A stretch of DNA of 43,382 nt from Xanthobacteraceae bacterium (GTDB taxonomy: Bacteria; Pseudomonadota; Alphaproteobacteria; Rhizobiales; Xanthobacteraceae). How positions within the stretch are numbered: position 1 is the first letter of the stretch; the number at the start of each line of letters is the position of its first letter. This document shows, in pieces, positions 18,263 to 27,749 of this stretch. Made by a program: the position numbers and the translations under genes. The stretch covers positions 1 through 43,382 of the forward strand of contig JAUSIF010000034.1 of the NCBI GenBank assembly GCA_030648135.1, written 5' to 3'. A model generated the notes under the pieces. The model made no database searches. It was given only the letters and a program-made list of their open reading frames with translations, and was not told the origin of the DNA.

Positions 18263-19909
18263 TCACGTATTCGCGTCTTCGCGAACCATGGCAGCACCCT
18301 TCTCCGCGATCATTATCGTCGGCGAATTGGTGTTGCCCGAGACAATGGTCGGCATCACCGAGGCGTCGATTACCCGCAGGCGATCGATACCGATGACACG
18401 CAGCCGCTCGTCGACGACCGCCATCGGGTCGCTCGCGAGCCCCATCTTGGCGGTGCCGACGGGATGGAAAATTGTGGTGCCGATCTCGCCGGCGGCCTTG
18501 ACCAGCGCCGCCTCGTCCGTGTCGGGGAAGGCATTTCCCGGCAGATGCTCTTGCGGGTGAAACGGCTGCAATGTCGGCTGGCGGACGATCCGGCGCGTGA
18601 TCCGGATTGAATCCGCCGCCACCCTACGATCCTCATCAGTCGAGAGATAGTTCAGCTTGATGACCGGCTTATCGCTCGGATCGGTGGAGCGCAGGCGCAC
18701 GTAGCCGCGGCTCGTTGGCTGCAAATTGCAGACACTCGCGGTGAAGGCCGGGAAGGAGTGCAGCGGCTCACCGAATTTCTCGAGCGAGAGCGGTTGGATA
18801 TGGAATTGGATGTTGGCGCGCTCCCTCTTCGGATCGGACTTAGTGAAAATGCCGAGCTGTGAGGGCGCCATGGTCAGAGGCCCCCTGCGAAAGAGAGCGT
18901 ATTGAATGCCCATGCCGGCGCGTTCGAGGATGCGCCGGTAGCTTTCGTTGAGGGTCTTCACGCCCGACACCTTATAGATGAGACGCAGCTGCACATGGTC
19001 CTGCAGGTTCTCGCCCACGCCCGGTTTGTCCAGCACGACGGGGATGCCAAAGTTTTTTAGCTGCACAGCCGGACCGATTCCCGAGAGAAGAAGAATTTGG
19101 GTCGAGCCGATCGATCCGCCGGCGAGGATAACCTCGCCGCGACAGCGAGCCACCTTGGTTGCGTCATGCTGCCGGTAGCGCACGCCGACGGCGCGTCTTC
19201 CCTCGAACATAATGCCTTCGACCAGACAATGGGTCTCCAACTGCAAGTTCTGCCGGCCGAGCACCGGCTTTAAAAAGCCGCGCGCGGCCGACCAACGCCG
19301 GCCGCGCTTCTGGTTGACGTGGAAATAGCAGGATCCCTCATTATCGCCGGTATTGAAATCGGAAATCGGCGCAATACCGGCTTCGGCCGCCGCCTCGCGG
19401 AAGCGGTCTAGCAATTCCCAGCGCACCCGCGGCGGTTCGATCCGCCATTCGCCGCCGACAGAATGATAGGCACTCGGTCCGAGAAAATGGTCTTCATGCT
19501 TCTTGAAAGCCGTGAGCACGTCATCCCAGCCCCAGCCGCGTAGACCGAGCTGGCGCCAGTGGTCATAGTCGGCCGCCTGCCCGCGCATACAGATCATGGC
19601 ATTGATGGTGGAGGAACCACCGATCACCTTGCCGCGCGGATAGGAAAGGCTGCGGCCGTTCAGACCTTCCTCGGGCTCGGTGCGGAAGCACCAGTCGGCG
19701 CGCGGATTGCCGATGGCGAAGAGATAGCCGACGGGAACGTGGAACCAGATCCAGTTGTCGCGTCCGCCGGCCTCGAGCAGCAGCACACGAGTGTTCGGAT
19801 CGGCGGATAGACGGTTTGCGAGCACGCAACCGGCCGATCCGGCTCCGACGATGACGTAGTCGAATTCGTCAGGGCTTTTCGGCTCAAGTTTTTTTTGAGT
19901 CATCGACAT
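18263..19909 (-). CDS. GMC family FAD-dependent oxidoreductase (choline/alcohol dehydrogenase-like)
   Basis: N-terminal FAD fold [28 protein letters not shown] and C-terminal HPVGTAKMG motifs. Confidence 0.9.
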   Translation of the reverse strand: MSMTQKKLEPKSPDEFDYVIVGAGSAGCVLANRLSADPNTRVLLLEAGGRDNWIWFHVPVGYLFAIGNPRADWCFRTEPEEGLNGRSLSYPRGKVIGGSSTINAMICMRGQAADYDHWRQLGLRGWGWDDVLTAFKKHEDHFLGPSAYHSVGGEWRIEPPRVRWELLDRFREAAAEAGIAPISDFNTGDNEGSCYFHVNQKRGRRWSAARGFLKPVLGRQNLQLETHCLVEGIMFEGRRAVGVRYRQHDATKVARCRGEVILAGGSIGSTQILLLSGIGPAVQLKNFGIPVVLDKPGVGENLQDHVQLRLIYKVSGVKTLNESYRRILERAGMGIQYALFRRGPLTMAPSQLGIFTKSDPKRERANIQFHIQPLSLEKFGEPLHSFPAFTASVCNLQPTSRGYVRLRSTDPSDKPVIKLNYLSTDEDRRVAADSIRITRRIVRQPTLQPFHPQEHLPGNAFPDTDEAALVKAAGEIGTTIFHPVGTAKMGLASDPMAVVDERLRVIGIDRLRVIDASVMPTIVSGNTNSPTIMIAEKGAAMVREDANT

Positions 19910-20265
19910 GATGGTAGCTGCTTAAGATCGGTTGATCACCTTTCGTTGCGAGGATTGCTTAGAGCGCACTTGCAGCGCAATGGCATGATATTCCGTTCGC
20001 TCCGCACCACTTGCGGTAGCATGAGGGCAAGTGATGGAATGACGATATTGGTCTGATAAACATGACAAAATCAGCTGTAGAGCCTCGCTCTGCTCGCAAG
20101 GCGGTCCGAACGATCACAATGCTTTTGCTGTCCATCATCACCAGACTAGCCCACCAACGGCTTATAGGCATAGACTATCTCGATGAGTTCAAGAACAAGC
20201 TTCAAAATCGAGCTCTGAATCAAACCACTCTTTCCACGCCTCACACACTGTAGGGGAGGAATTTC
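19910..20265. promoter_or_regulatory. divergent non-coding control region upstream of the 11.7 kb operon
   Basis: 356 bp, AT-richer than its surroundings, lying between divergent genes. AGGGGAGGA Shine-Dalgarno sits 5 nt before ATG 20266. No operator motif identified. Confidence 0.35.
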
Positions 20266-21648
20266 ATGGAAAACCAGGTTTCACGCAGGAACTTTCTGAA
20301 CCGGCTGGGCGTCACGGTGGGCGCTGCCGCTGCCGCGACCGCGGTGCCGGCCACCTATTTCGCCGGACCGCGGCCAGCGCATGCGGCTATCAAGGTCAAG
20401 GGAAACATCCCAGACAAGCCGTTCAAGACCGGCCACATCACGTTCCTGACCGGCCCCGCCAATCTTCTGGGCGAGCCCGGCCGGAAAGGGCATCTGCTGG
20501 CAGCCGAGGAGATCAACGCCGAAGGCGGGTTCCTTGGCAAGCGGAAGATCGAAACCATTGTCGCCGACGAGGCCGCAGGTACCGACGCCAACGTCAAGGA
20601 GCTTCGCCGCATGAAGCTCTCCGAGAAGATCGACCTGTTCACCGGCGTCATCTCCAGCGGCAACACGCCGGCCCTCGGCCCGGTCGCCGAGGAACTCGGG
20701 GTGCTGACGATGTTCAACGACGGCTGCACCGACTTCCTGTTCGATAAGGCGGTGCCCAAGCCGAAATACGTCTTCCGGGTAACCAACATCCAGTCGGCGG
20801 ACGGCGTCACTTCAGCGGTCGGAGCGGCGAAGGCCTGGCCTCAAGCAAAGAAGGTCGGCTCCATCCAGCCGGACTACAGCTACGGCCGCAACGTGCATGA
20901 GCATTTCATGCTGGCGTTCCAGAAGCTGGTTCCCGGCGCTGCGTCCGTCTCCGAGGCGTGGCCGAAGCTCGGCACCACCGACTTCACCCCGCACATCACC
21001 AAGCTCTTGTCCGACAAGCCGGACGCCCTGATCTGCGGCCTGTGGGGCGGCGACTACGTGGCGTTCTACAAGCAGGCCCTGCGCTACGGCCTGTTCGATA
21101 AGATGAAAGTCGCCACCACGCTGGCCTTCGGCGGACAGCCGCACGCCATCGGTAAGGATCACCCCGAGGGCGTTCTGGCCGGTGCACACGCCAACTACTT
21201 CTTCACGCATCCGGCCAAAGGGCGCTGGCCGATCAACGACTCGTTCGTCGAGCGTTACTACAAGCGCTGGAACGAATATCCGAGCTTCGAGTCGGACGGC
21301 GCTTATGTGTCGCTTTACCTGCTCAAGGCCGCCATCGAGAAAGCCAACCTGCTTGTCGGCGGCTGGCCGGAGGACGACGTCATCATCAGCCTGCTTGAAG
21401 GCATGGGGATGGATACGCCGGCCGGTTATCTCTACATCCGGCCCGACAACCACCAGGGCTACAAGGACACCGTGATCGGGATGACCAAGAACGATCCCAA
21501 GTACGACTTCCCCATTTGGGATCCGAAGTCGATCATCACGATTCCGATCCGCGACATCACGGCGCCGCCCAATTGGCCGAAGCCCGGCACGTCGCATAAC
21601 GAGTCGACGGCAGCGGCCAACTGGCTCAAGACCACCTGGCTGACCTGA
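20266..21648 (+). CDS. Tat-signal ABC substrate-binding protein, LivK/Peripla_BP_6 type
   Basis: Canonical twin-arginine leader MENQVSRRNFLNRLGVTVGAAAAATAV..AHA. The body has LivK-family features (GFLGRKIETIVADEA, ISSGNTPALGPVAEE). Confidence 0.85.
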   Translation: MENQVSRRNFLNRLGVTVGAAAAATAVPATYFAGPRPAHAAIKVKGNIPDKPFKTGHITFLTGPANLLGEPGRKGHLLAAEEINAEGGFLGKRKIETIVADEAAGTDANVKELRRMKLSEKIDLFTGVISSGNTPALGPVAEELGVLTMFNDGCTDFLFDKAVPKPKYVFRVTNIQSADGVTSAVGAAKAWPQAKKVGSIQPDYSYGRNVHEHFMLAFQKLVPGAASVSEAWPKLGTTDFTPHITKLLSDKPDALICGLWGGDYVAFYKQALRYGLFDKMKVATTLAFGGQPHAIGKDHPEGVLAGAHANYFFTHPAKGRWPINDSFVERYYKRWNEYPSFESDGAYVSLYLLKAAIEKANLLVGGWPEDDVIISLLEGMGMDTPAGYLYIRPDNHQGYKDTVIGMTKNDPKYDFPIWDPKSIITIPIRDITAPPNWPKPGTSHNESTAAANWLKTTWLT

Positions 21649-21667
21649 GTGCAACCCTGATCGGACG

Positions 21668-21708
21668 GGGAGCGGTCGTGTTTCACCGACACGGCCGCTC
21701 CCTTTTCC
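21668..21708 (+). terminator. intercistronic stem-loop with T tract after the binding-protein gene (partial terminator/attenuator candidate)
   Basis: gggagcggtcgtgt / acacggccgctccc forms a 14-bp stem (one G-U) with a 7-nt loop, followed by ttttcc. Confidence 0.5.
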
Positions 21709-21730
21709 GGGTTGAAGGAAGATTCTTACG

Positions 21731-24124
21731 ATGCATCGGGGCTTTGATGGGCCGGCCGTGCGGCGGATGCGTCACGGCCGCCTTGCTTCCCGCGATCCCA
21801 TCCGGCGCGGGGTCGTAAAGCGCGTCGCCGGTGTAGCCATGACTGCTGGCCTACTTGTCGCCGGCGGCCAAAGCGGCGCCGGTCATTCGGTCGGCCACTA
21901 TCCCTCCTATTACCCCGATGAGATCCGCATCGACGCCGTCGATCCGGCGGCGGCCGCCAAGGGTCTCGGCGACGAAACGCTGCATGCGTACGTCAGCGGG
22001 ACGCCGGCCTTCGCGGGGCCCGTGCCGGGGCACGTGAAGTCGGTGAGGTCGCTGGGATCATTTCTGGTCCTCTCCTTTAATACGGCCTCCGCACGCTTCG
22101 CGTCCGCCGACGGCCGTTGCACCGCCGCCCGCGGCATCCTGGCGGCGCTCAGCGAGGAAAAAGCGGCCGGCTTCATCTTCCACCCCTATCCAGTGACGCC
22201 TTATCACGCCGACTACCTGCATCATCTGGACCGCATCGATGCGGTCACGGCCGTCATCGGCGGTGGATCCACGCCGGCATCGTCCCTGAAGGTCGGCGCC
22301 AAAGGCGGGCTCGCGGAGGCGATGGTCAAGGCGCGATGGGGGCTCGCGGCCGATGGCGCGGATGCCGTCCTCGAGGAGGTGCCGGTGGACGAGCTGATTG
22401 CCGCCGCCGGCGTGCGGTTCGACGGTTGGTCGGGGCCGCCCTGGGCGAAGGAAGGTTGGTTCCAGGCGCATCAGCTGCTGGCACCGGGCCTCGACGCCGC
22501 ATCGCGGCGGGCAGTGGACGAAGACTATGCGCGCCTGATCCACGGCGAAACCGTCGGCCTGACGGAGCGGGTGAATCTGGAGCGGCGCCTGGTGGAGGCA
22601 CTTAACAATGGCTGCCAGCGCACGGTCGTGGGTTACGCGCCGAAGGAAGAAAACGTCAACGAGGCGTACCCGGCGGGAATCGAGAACGTCGCCTATGATT
22701 CACTCAGCGGCCTCAACAGCCCCGTCTTCTTCCGCACCGTGAAGCTCAAGGACTATCCGTGGAACGGCAAGCTGCACCTTGGGGTGCGCGAGCGCTCCGA
22801 CGCGGCCTGGAATCCGGTGGCCGGATTCACTGACGTGATGGGAAGGCTGATCTGGTCGGCCATCGGCGATCCCGCCATGATTCAGTTTCCGTTCAACGCG
22901 AGCTGGATGCCCAACCGCCTGCAATCGGTCGTCACCAAGGTGGAAGGTCAGTCCGGTGGCATCAGAGTGCCGGCCGACGCGGTCCGCCCGCAGTCGGGAA
23001 CGGGGGCGCTGCAACGCGTGGACGCCAGGACGTTTGCCTCGGCGAAGGTGACCTATGAAGTTCTTGCCTCGCCTTTCGAGGACGGCACCGAGATGGGGGT
23101 GGCGGACCTGATCTATCCGTTCGTTTTCGCCTATCGCTGGGGCGCCAAGACGGATACCGGCGACAATACCAGCGAGCCACGCCTGGCGGCGACGTTGGCC
23201 TCCATGCAGGAGCGCCTGGCCGGGCTCAAGTTCGTGCGCATGGAAAGGACGACCCATGCCATCGCCGAGGGCATGAATATTGTTCAGAAAACGCCCGTGC
23301 TGGAGGTCTATCTCAGGAACGTCCCCGGGGACGAGCAGCAGATGGCTGCCCTGGCGCCACCGTGGAGCACGGTGCCCTGGCATCTACTGGCGCTGATGGA
23401 AGAAGCGGTGATCCGGGGATATGCGGCCTTTTCGGAGGAAGAATCCAAGAGGCGGCGGGTCCCTTGGCTGGATCTCGTTCGCGATCCGGCGCTCAGAGCG
23501 AAATTGCAGGACCTGATCGTGCAGTTCGAGCGGGAGCGCTATCGCCCCGAGACGCTGAAAGACCTCGTCACCGCCGACGAGGCGCAGGCGCGCTGGCGGT
23601 CGCTCGGAGCCTTCGCCGAAAAGAACGGCCATTTCCTGGTCGCCAACGGCCCCTATCGGCTGAAGGAATGGACGCCCGACTCGGTCGTGCTGCAGGCCGT
23701 CCGCGAAGCCACTTATCCGTTGGGATTCGGCACTTTCGACCGCTTCGTCAACCCGCCGAGGGCGGTAATCGAAGCGGTGACGCAGGACTCCGGCGAGATC
23801 GCGGTGCGCGCCAGCGCTGAAATGATTTTGAAGATGGGGCGCAAATACCAGGCTGTGAAGGAACCGCTCTTGCGAAAGACAATGCGGGGGACCCTTGGGC
23901 TGCTCGTCGTTTCCCGCTATCTCCTGATCGGTCCCGACGGCACGGTTCTCAACGTCGACAAGATGCAGTGGAGGGAGGACGGGCGCTTCACAATCAATCT
24001 TCCGGAGCGCCTGCCGCCGGGCCCTTACACGATAATCCTAGCCATTTTCCTCGACGGAAATTCCATGTTGCCGTCGGCCAAGATGTTGCGCTTCCGCGTC
24101 GGCGGGGCGGCTTCTCCGGGCTAG
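21731..24124 (+). CDS. large exported protein of unassigned family (full-length paralogue), with family-5 solute-binding-protein-like motifs
   Basis: 797-aa ORF with GAAGGAAG 9 nt upstream of the ATG. Arg-rich N-terminus with RRGVVK plus a hydrophobic stretch. The N-half is paralogous to 27750-28901 and the C-half to the C-terminus of 29262-31967. Motifs KVTYEVLASPFEDGTEMGVADLIY and ANGPYRLKEWTPDSVVL recall SBP_bac_5 proteins. Confidence 0.8.
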   Translation: MHRGFDGPAVRRMRHGRLASRDPIRRGVVKRVAGVAMTAGLLVAGGQSGAGHSVGHYPSYYPDEIRIDAVDPAAAAKGLGDETLHAYVSGTPAFAGPVPGHVKSVRSLGSFLVLSFNTASARFASADGRCTAARGILAALSEEKAAGFIFHPYPVTPYHADYLHHLDRIDAVTAVIGGGSTPASSLKVGAKGGLAEAMVKARWGLAADGADAVLEEVPVDELIAAAGVRFDGWSGPPWAKEGWFQAHQLLAPGLDAASRRAVDEDYARLIHGETVGLTERVNLERRLVEALNNGCQRTVVGYAPKEENVNEAYPAGIENVAYDSLSGLNSPVFFRTVKLKDYPWNGKLHLGVRERSDAAWNPVAGFTDVMGRLIWSAIGDPAMIQFPFNASWMPNRLQSVVTKVEGQSGGIRVPADAVRPQSGTGALQRVDARTFASAKVTYEVLASPFEDGTEMGVADLIYPFVFAYRWGAKTDTGDNTSEPRLAATLASMQERLAGLKFVRMERTTHAIAEGMNIVQKTPVLEVYLRNVPGDEQQMAALAPPWSTVPWHLLALMEEAVIRGYAAFSEEESKRRRVPWLDLVRDPALRAKLQDLIVQFERERYRPETLKDLVTADEAQARWRSLGAFAEKNGHFLVANGPYRLKEWTPDSVVLQAVREATYPLGFGTFDRFVNPPRAVIEAVTQDSGEIAVRASAEMILKMGRKYQAVKEPLLRKTMRGTLGLLVVSRYLLIGPDGTVLNVDKMQWREDGRFTINLPERLPPGPYTIILAIFLDGNSMLPSAKMLRFRVGGAASPG

Positions 24125-24253
24125 TTGGAACATGCTGTCGGCGGCGGCAAAGCATGTGAACTCGCCGCTCATACCTGGGGTGTCCGCGCCGGGCCGTCAG
24201 CTTCTTGCAAGGCAAACCGTGGCGTCCTAGCCTTAACAATCGGCGGGGGGAAA

Positions 24254-25129
24254 ATGGATATCCTAATCATTCAAATCCTGAATTCCATTTTCTACGCCTG
24301 CATCCTGTTCCTCATTGCCGCCGGCCTCAGCCTGATTTACGGGGTCATGCGGATCATCAACCTGGCGCATGGCAGCCTCTATGCGCTAGGCGCCTACGTC
24401 ACGGCCTGGGCCATCGGCACCTTTGCCGCCGGCGCCCCGCTCTGGGTGTCGTTCCTGCTTCTGCCGGCGGGAGCTGTGGTCGTGGCCGCGGTCGGCGCCG
24501 CCATCGAGCCGACGCTGTTGCGGCCGCTTTACAATCGGCCGGAGGAATATCAACTCCTAATCACCTTCGCCCTGCTGCTGATCCTCGAGGACGCGATGCA
24601 CTTCCTGTTCGGGGGTACGCCGCTCACGGCGGGCGCGGTCATAGACAGCATGGGCACCATGCCAATTATGAACCTGCGATATCCCGTCTATAACCTCCTG
24701 GTCATCGCTATCGGCATCGCGGCCGCCGTCTTCCTCTGGGCCTTCATCTACCGCACCAAGTTCGGGGTCATCCTCAGGGCCACGTCGCAGAATATGCGCA
24801 TGGCCTCGGCGCTTGGCTTGAACGTCAAGCGGGTATACGTGCAGGCATTCGCCCTTGGCTGCTTCATGGCCGGCCTCGGAGGCGCGGTTGTCGTACCTGC
24901 TCAGGCCGCCGTGCTCGGCATGGGTATCGAGGCGCTCATTTTGGCATTTGTCGTCGTCGTCATCGGCGGGCTCGGCAGCCTCGAGGGAGCATTGATCGGC
25001 GCGCTGATCGTCAGCTTTGTGCGCACGGCCGGCATCCAGTTCTTTCCCGAAATCGAACTCGCGGTGCTCTACCTGATTGCGGCCGTCGTCCTGCTGGTAA
25101 GGCCGACCGGCTTATCCGGGAGGGCGTGA
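24254..25129 (+). CDS. LivH-like ABC permease
   Basis: MDILIIQILNSIFYACILFLIAAGLSLIYGVMRIINLAHGSLYALGAY is a LivH-type N-terminus. ATG at 24254 follows GGGGGGAAA. The track ORF from 24125 is an upstream extension. Confidence 0.9.
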   Translation: MDILIIQILNSIFYACILFLIAAGLSLIYGVMRIINLAHGSLYALGAYVTAWAIGTFAAGAPLWVSFLLLPAGAVVVAAVGAAIEPTLLRPLYNRPEEYQLLITFALLLILEDAMHFLFGGTPLTAGAVIDSMGTMPIMNLRYPVYNLLVIAIGIAAAVFLWAFIYRTKFGVILRATSQNMRMASALGLNVKRVYVQAFALGCFMAGLGGAVVVPAQAAVLGMGIEALILAFVVVVIGGLGSLEGALIGALIVSFVRTAGIQFFPEIELAVLYLIAAVVLLVRPTGLSGRA

Positions 25130-26133
25130 CGATGCAGAACGACGCCTCCCGCACCGGACCCTCGATGCTGTTGATCCTCGCCTGCGTGATACCGATTCTC
25201 GTTGTGCTCGTGGCGCTGCCGAAATTCGTCGATACGTATCAGATACAGTTGCTCACCTACGGACTGATTTATGCCATCGCGGGGCTCGGTTTCAATTTAT
25301 TGCTCGGCTATACGGGACTGCTTTCCTTCGGCCATTCCGCCTATTTTGGCCTTGGCGCCTATTCCGCGGCCTTCATGGCCAAGTATTTCGGCGTCGGCTC
25401 CATGGAGATCTACATCCTGGGCGGGCTCCTCATCACCGGCCTCGTTAGCGCGGCGTTCGGCTACATCTGTGTCCGCCACACCCGTATTTTCTTCGGCATC
25501 CTGACGCTTGCGTTGTCGCAGGTGTTGTGGACGCTGGCTTACAAATTCTTCTGGGTAACCGGCGGCACCGATGGCCTTCGCGTGCCCTTCGCCAATTTGA
25601 CGCTGCTTGGCGGGTTGATCGACTTCAAAGGCCGCGACACCTATCAGGCGTTCACGCAAAGTTATTATTATTACGTGCTGTTCCTGTTTTGCATTTGCAC
25701 GGTTTTCATGTGGGTGATCGTACATTCGCCCTTCGGCAAGGCGCTACAGGCGATTCGCGATAACGAGACGCGGGCGCAGTTCCTGGGCGTGCGGATCAGG
25801 CACTACCGCTGGTTCGCGTTTCTGCTGTCCGGCAGCTTCACGGGCCTCGCTGGCATCCTGTGGGTGCCGCTGAACGGCCTGGTCACGCCCGATATCCTGT
25901 ATTGGCCGTTCTCCGGCGAGATCGTGTTCATGACCGTACTCGGCGGCTTCCGTACGTTCACCGGACCGATCGTCGGCGCCGTGGTGTTCAATTATCTCAA
26001 GGTCTACGCCGTCGCCAGTACCGCGTACTGGCAATTGCTGCTCGGTGTCGTACTCGTGGTGCTGGTGTTGGCATTACCGACGGGCATCGTCGGAACGCTG
26101 TCTCGCCTCTTTGGCAAGTTCAGGAAGAGGTGA
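25126..26133 (+). CDS. LivM-like ABC permease
   Basis: GTG at 25126 overlaps the previous TGA (GTGA); alternative ATG at 25132. Motifs NLLLGYTGLLSFGHSAYFGLGAY and ALQAIRDNETRAQFLG. Confidence 0.9.
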   Translation: MTMQNDASRTGPSMLLILACVIPILVVLVALPKFVDTYQIQLLTYGLIYAIAGLGFNLLLGYTGLLSFGHSAYFGLGAYSAAFMAKYFGVGSMEIYILGGLLITGLVSAAFGYICVRHTRIFFGILTLALSQVLWTLAYKFFWVTGGTDGLRVPFANLTLLGGLIDFKGRDTYQAFTQSYYYYVLFLFCICTVFMWVIVHSPFGKALQAIRDNETRAQFLGVRIRHYRWFAFLLSGSFTGLAGILWVPLNGLVTPDILYWPFSGEIVFMTVLGGFRTFTGPIVGAVVFNYLKVYAVASTAYWQLLLGVVLVVLVLALPTGIVGTLSRLFGKFRKR

Positions 26134-26137
26134 TGAC

Positions 26138-26911
26138 ATGAATCTCCTCGAAACTATCAATCTCAAGAAATATTTCGGCGAGACGCATGCGGTCGACAAT
26201 GTCAGCCTGACCATCGCCGAGCGCGAGTTCGTCTCACTGGTAGGCCCAAATGGCGCCGGCAAGACCACGCTCGTCAACGTGGTCAGCGCCTTATTTCGTT
26301 CGGACTCGGGGAAAATCCTGTTCAAGGGCGATGACATCACCCATACCTCCGTGACCGAGCGCGTCAAAGCGGGAATTGCACGCAGCTTTCAGATCGTGAA
26401 CCTGTTCGACGATCTCACCGCATTCGACAACGTGACACTTGCGATCTTTTCCCGTCAGGGTAAGACCGGCAATCCGGCGACGCTTGCCCACCTGGATCAC
26501 GAGGTGAGCGCCGAAGCGGATGCCGTGCTCGCCCAATTCAACCTTACGAGCAAACGCAAAGAGCACGCGCGCGATCTCGCCCAAGGCGAGCGGAAGCTGC
26601 TCGACGTGGCGCTCGCCTACGCGCTGAAACCGAAGCTCCTATTCCTCGATGAACCGACGAGTGGCGTGAGCACCCGCGACAAGGGCCAGATCATGGATAC
26701 GATTGCCTCGGTCGTGCGGGGCGAAGGCATCACCGCCGTCATCATCGAGCACGACATGGATGTCGTGTTCAAATATTCCGATCGGATCGTGGTTATGCAA
26801 CAGGGCGCAATTCTCGCCCAGGGTACGCCCGATGCGATCAGGAATAACGATCAGGTCGCGATGATCCTGCTCGGCACTTCCGGACCGGACGCTTTCACAC
26901 GAAAGGATTGA
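26138..26911 (+). CDS. LivG-like ABC ATPase
   Basis: ATG at 26138 after GAGGTGATGAC. Walker A GPNGAGKTT, signature-like AQGERKLLDVA, Walker B LLFLDEP. Confidence 0.9.
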   Translation: MNLLETINLKKYFGETHAVDNVSLTIAEREFVSLVGPNGAGKTTLVNVVSALFRSDSGKILFKGDDITHTSVTERVKAGIARSFQIVNLFDDLTAFDNVTLAIFSRQGKTGNPATLAHLDHEVSAEADAVLAQFNLTSKRKEHARDLAQGERKLLDVALAYALKPKLLFLDEPTSGVSTRDKGQIMDTIASVVRGEGITAVIIEHDMDVVFKYSDRIVVMQQGAILAQGTPDAIRNNDQVAMILLGTSGPDAFTRKD

Positions 26912-27636
26912 TCGACGTGCTCGAGATCAAGGCGATCGATACCTACCGCGGCCCCGCCCATATCCTGTACGGCTTGTCCTTGCGCGTCGAAAAACAGGAG
27001 GTGGTGTGTCTGGTCGGACGCAACGGCGCCGGCAAGACCACCACGATCGAAAGCATCATGGGATTTCTGCCGGTTAGGACCGGGCAAATCCTCTTCGACG
27101 ACGAGGATTTGACGAATCTTCCGCCGCACGAACGGGCCAAACGCGGCATCGGCTACTCGCCGGACGACTGCGGCGTCTTTCCCGAACTTTCTGTGGGCGA
27201 GAATTTGATGATCAGCCGCTGGCTGGGGGACGAGGTCGCCCGCCGACGCGACGGCAAGGAGCGTGCAAACCCGGAAGCGCAGGCCTTTGACATTTTTCCC
27301 GAAGTCAAAACGCTGTTGCAGCGCCAGGGGCTGCACCTGAGCGGCGGCCAGCGCAAGATGGTGGCGATCGCGCGCGCCATGATGCTGTCGCCCACGCTGC
27401 TCTTGCTCGATGAGGCGTTCGAGGGGCTGGCTCCGGTCGTGGTCAACCGCTTCATCGAAGCGGTGATGAAGATCAAGGCCATGGGCGTCTCCATCCTGAT
27501 GGCGGAGTCGCATCTGGCCGCGGCGACGCGGATCGGCGACCGGCTCTACGCCATCGATCGCGGTGAGATCATCTTCCATGGGCCGCCGAAGGAAGCGCTT
27601 GCCAATGAGAAGGTTGTGAAGGCATTGCGGGGGTGA
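26908..27636 (+). CDS. LivF-like ABC ATPase
   Basis: TTG at 26908 overlaps the previous TGA (alternative GTG at 26917). Walker A GRNGAGKTT, signature LSGGQRKMVAI, Walker B LLLLDEA. Confidence 0.9.
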   Translation: MIDVLEIKAIDTYRGPAHILYGLSLRVEKQEVVCLVGRNGAGKTTTIESIMGFLPVRTGQILFDDEDLTNLPPHERAKRGIGYSPDDCGVFPELSVGENLMISRWLGDEVARRRDGKERANPEAQAFDIFPEVKTLLQRQGLHLSGGQRKMVAIARAMMLSPTLLLLDEAFEGLAPVVVNRFIEAVMKIKAMGVSILMAESHLAAATRIGDRLYAIDRGEIIFHGPPKEALANEKVVKALRG

Positions 27637-27749
27637 GGCCGCCGCATATTTGGGTGGCTTGTGCGGTGGAAAATCGTCATCCTGAGGTGACGGCGCGAAG
27701 CAAACCCCCCGAAGGGTGACGGCGTCGACCTAGCATCCTGGATGCCACA

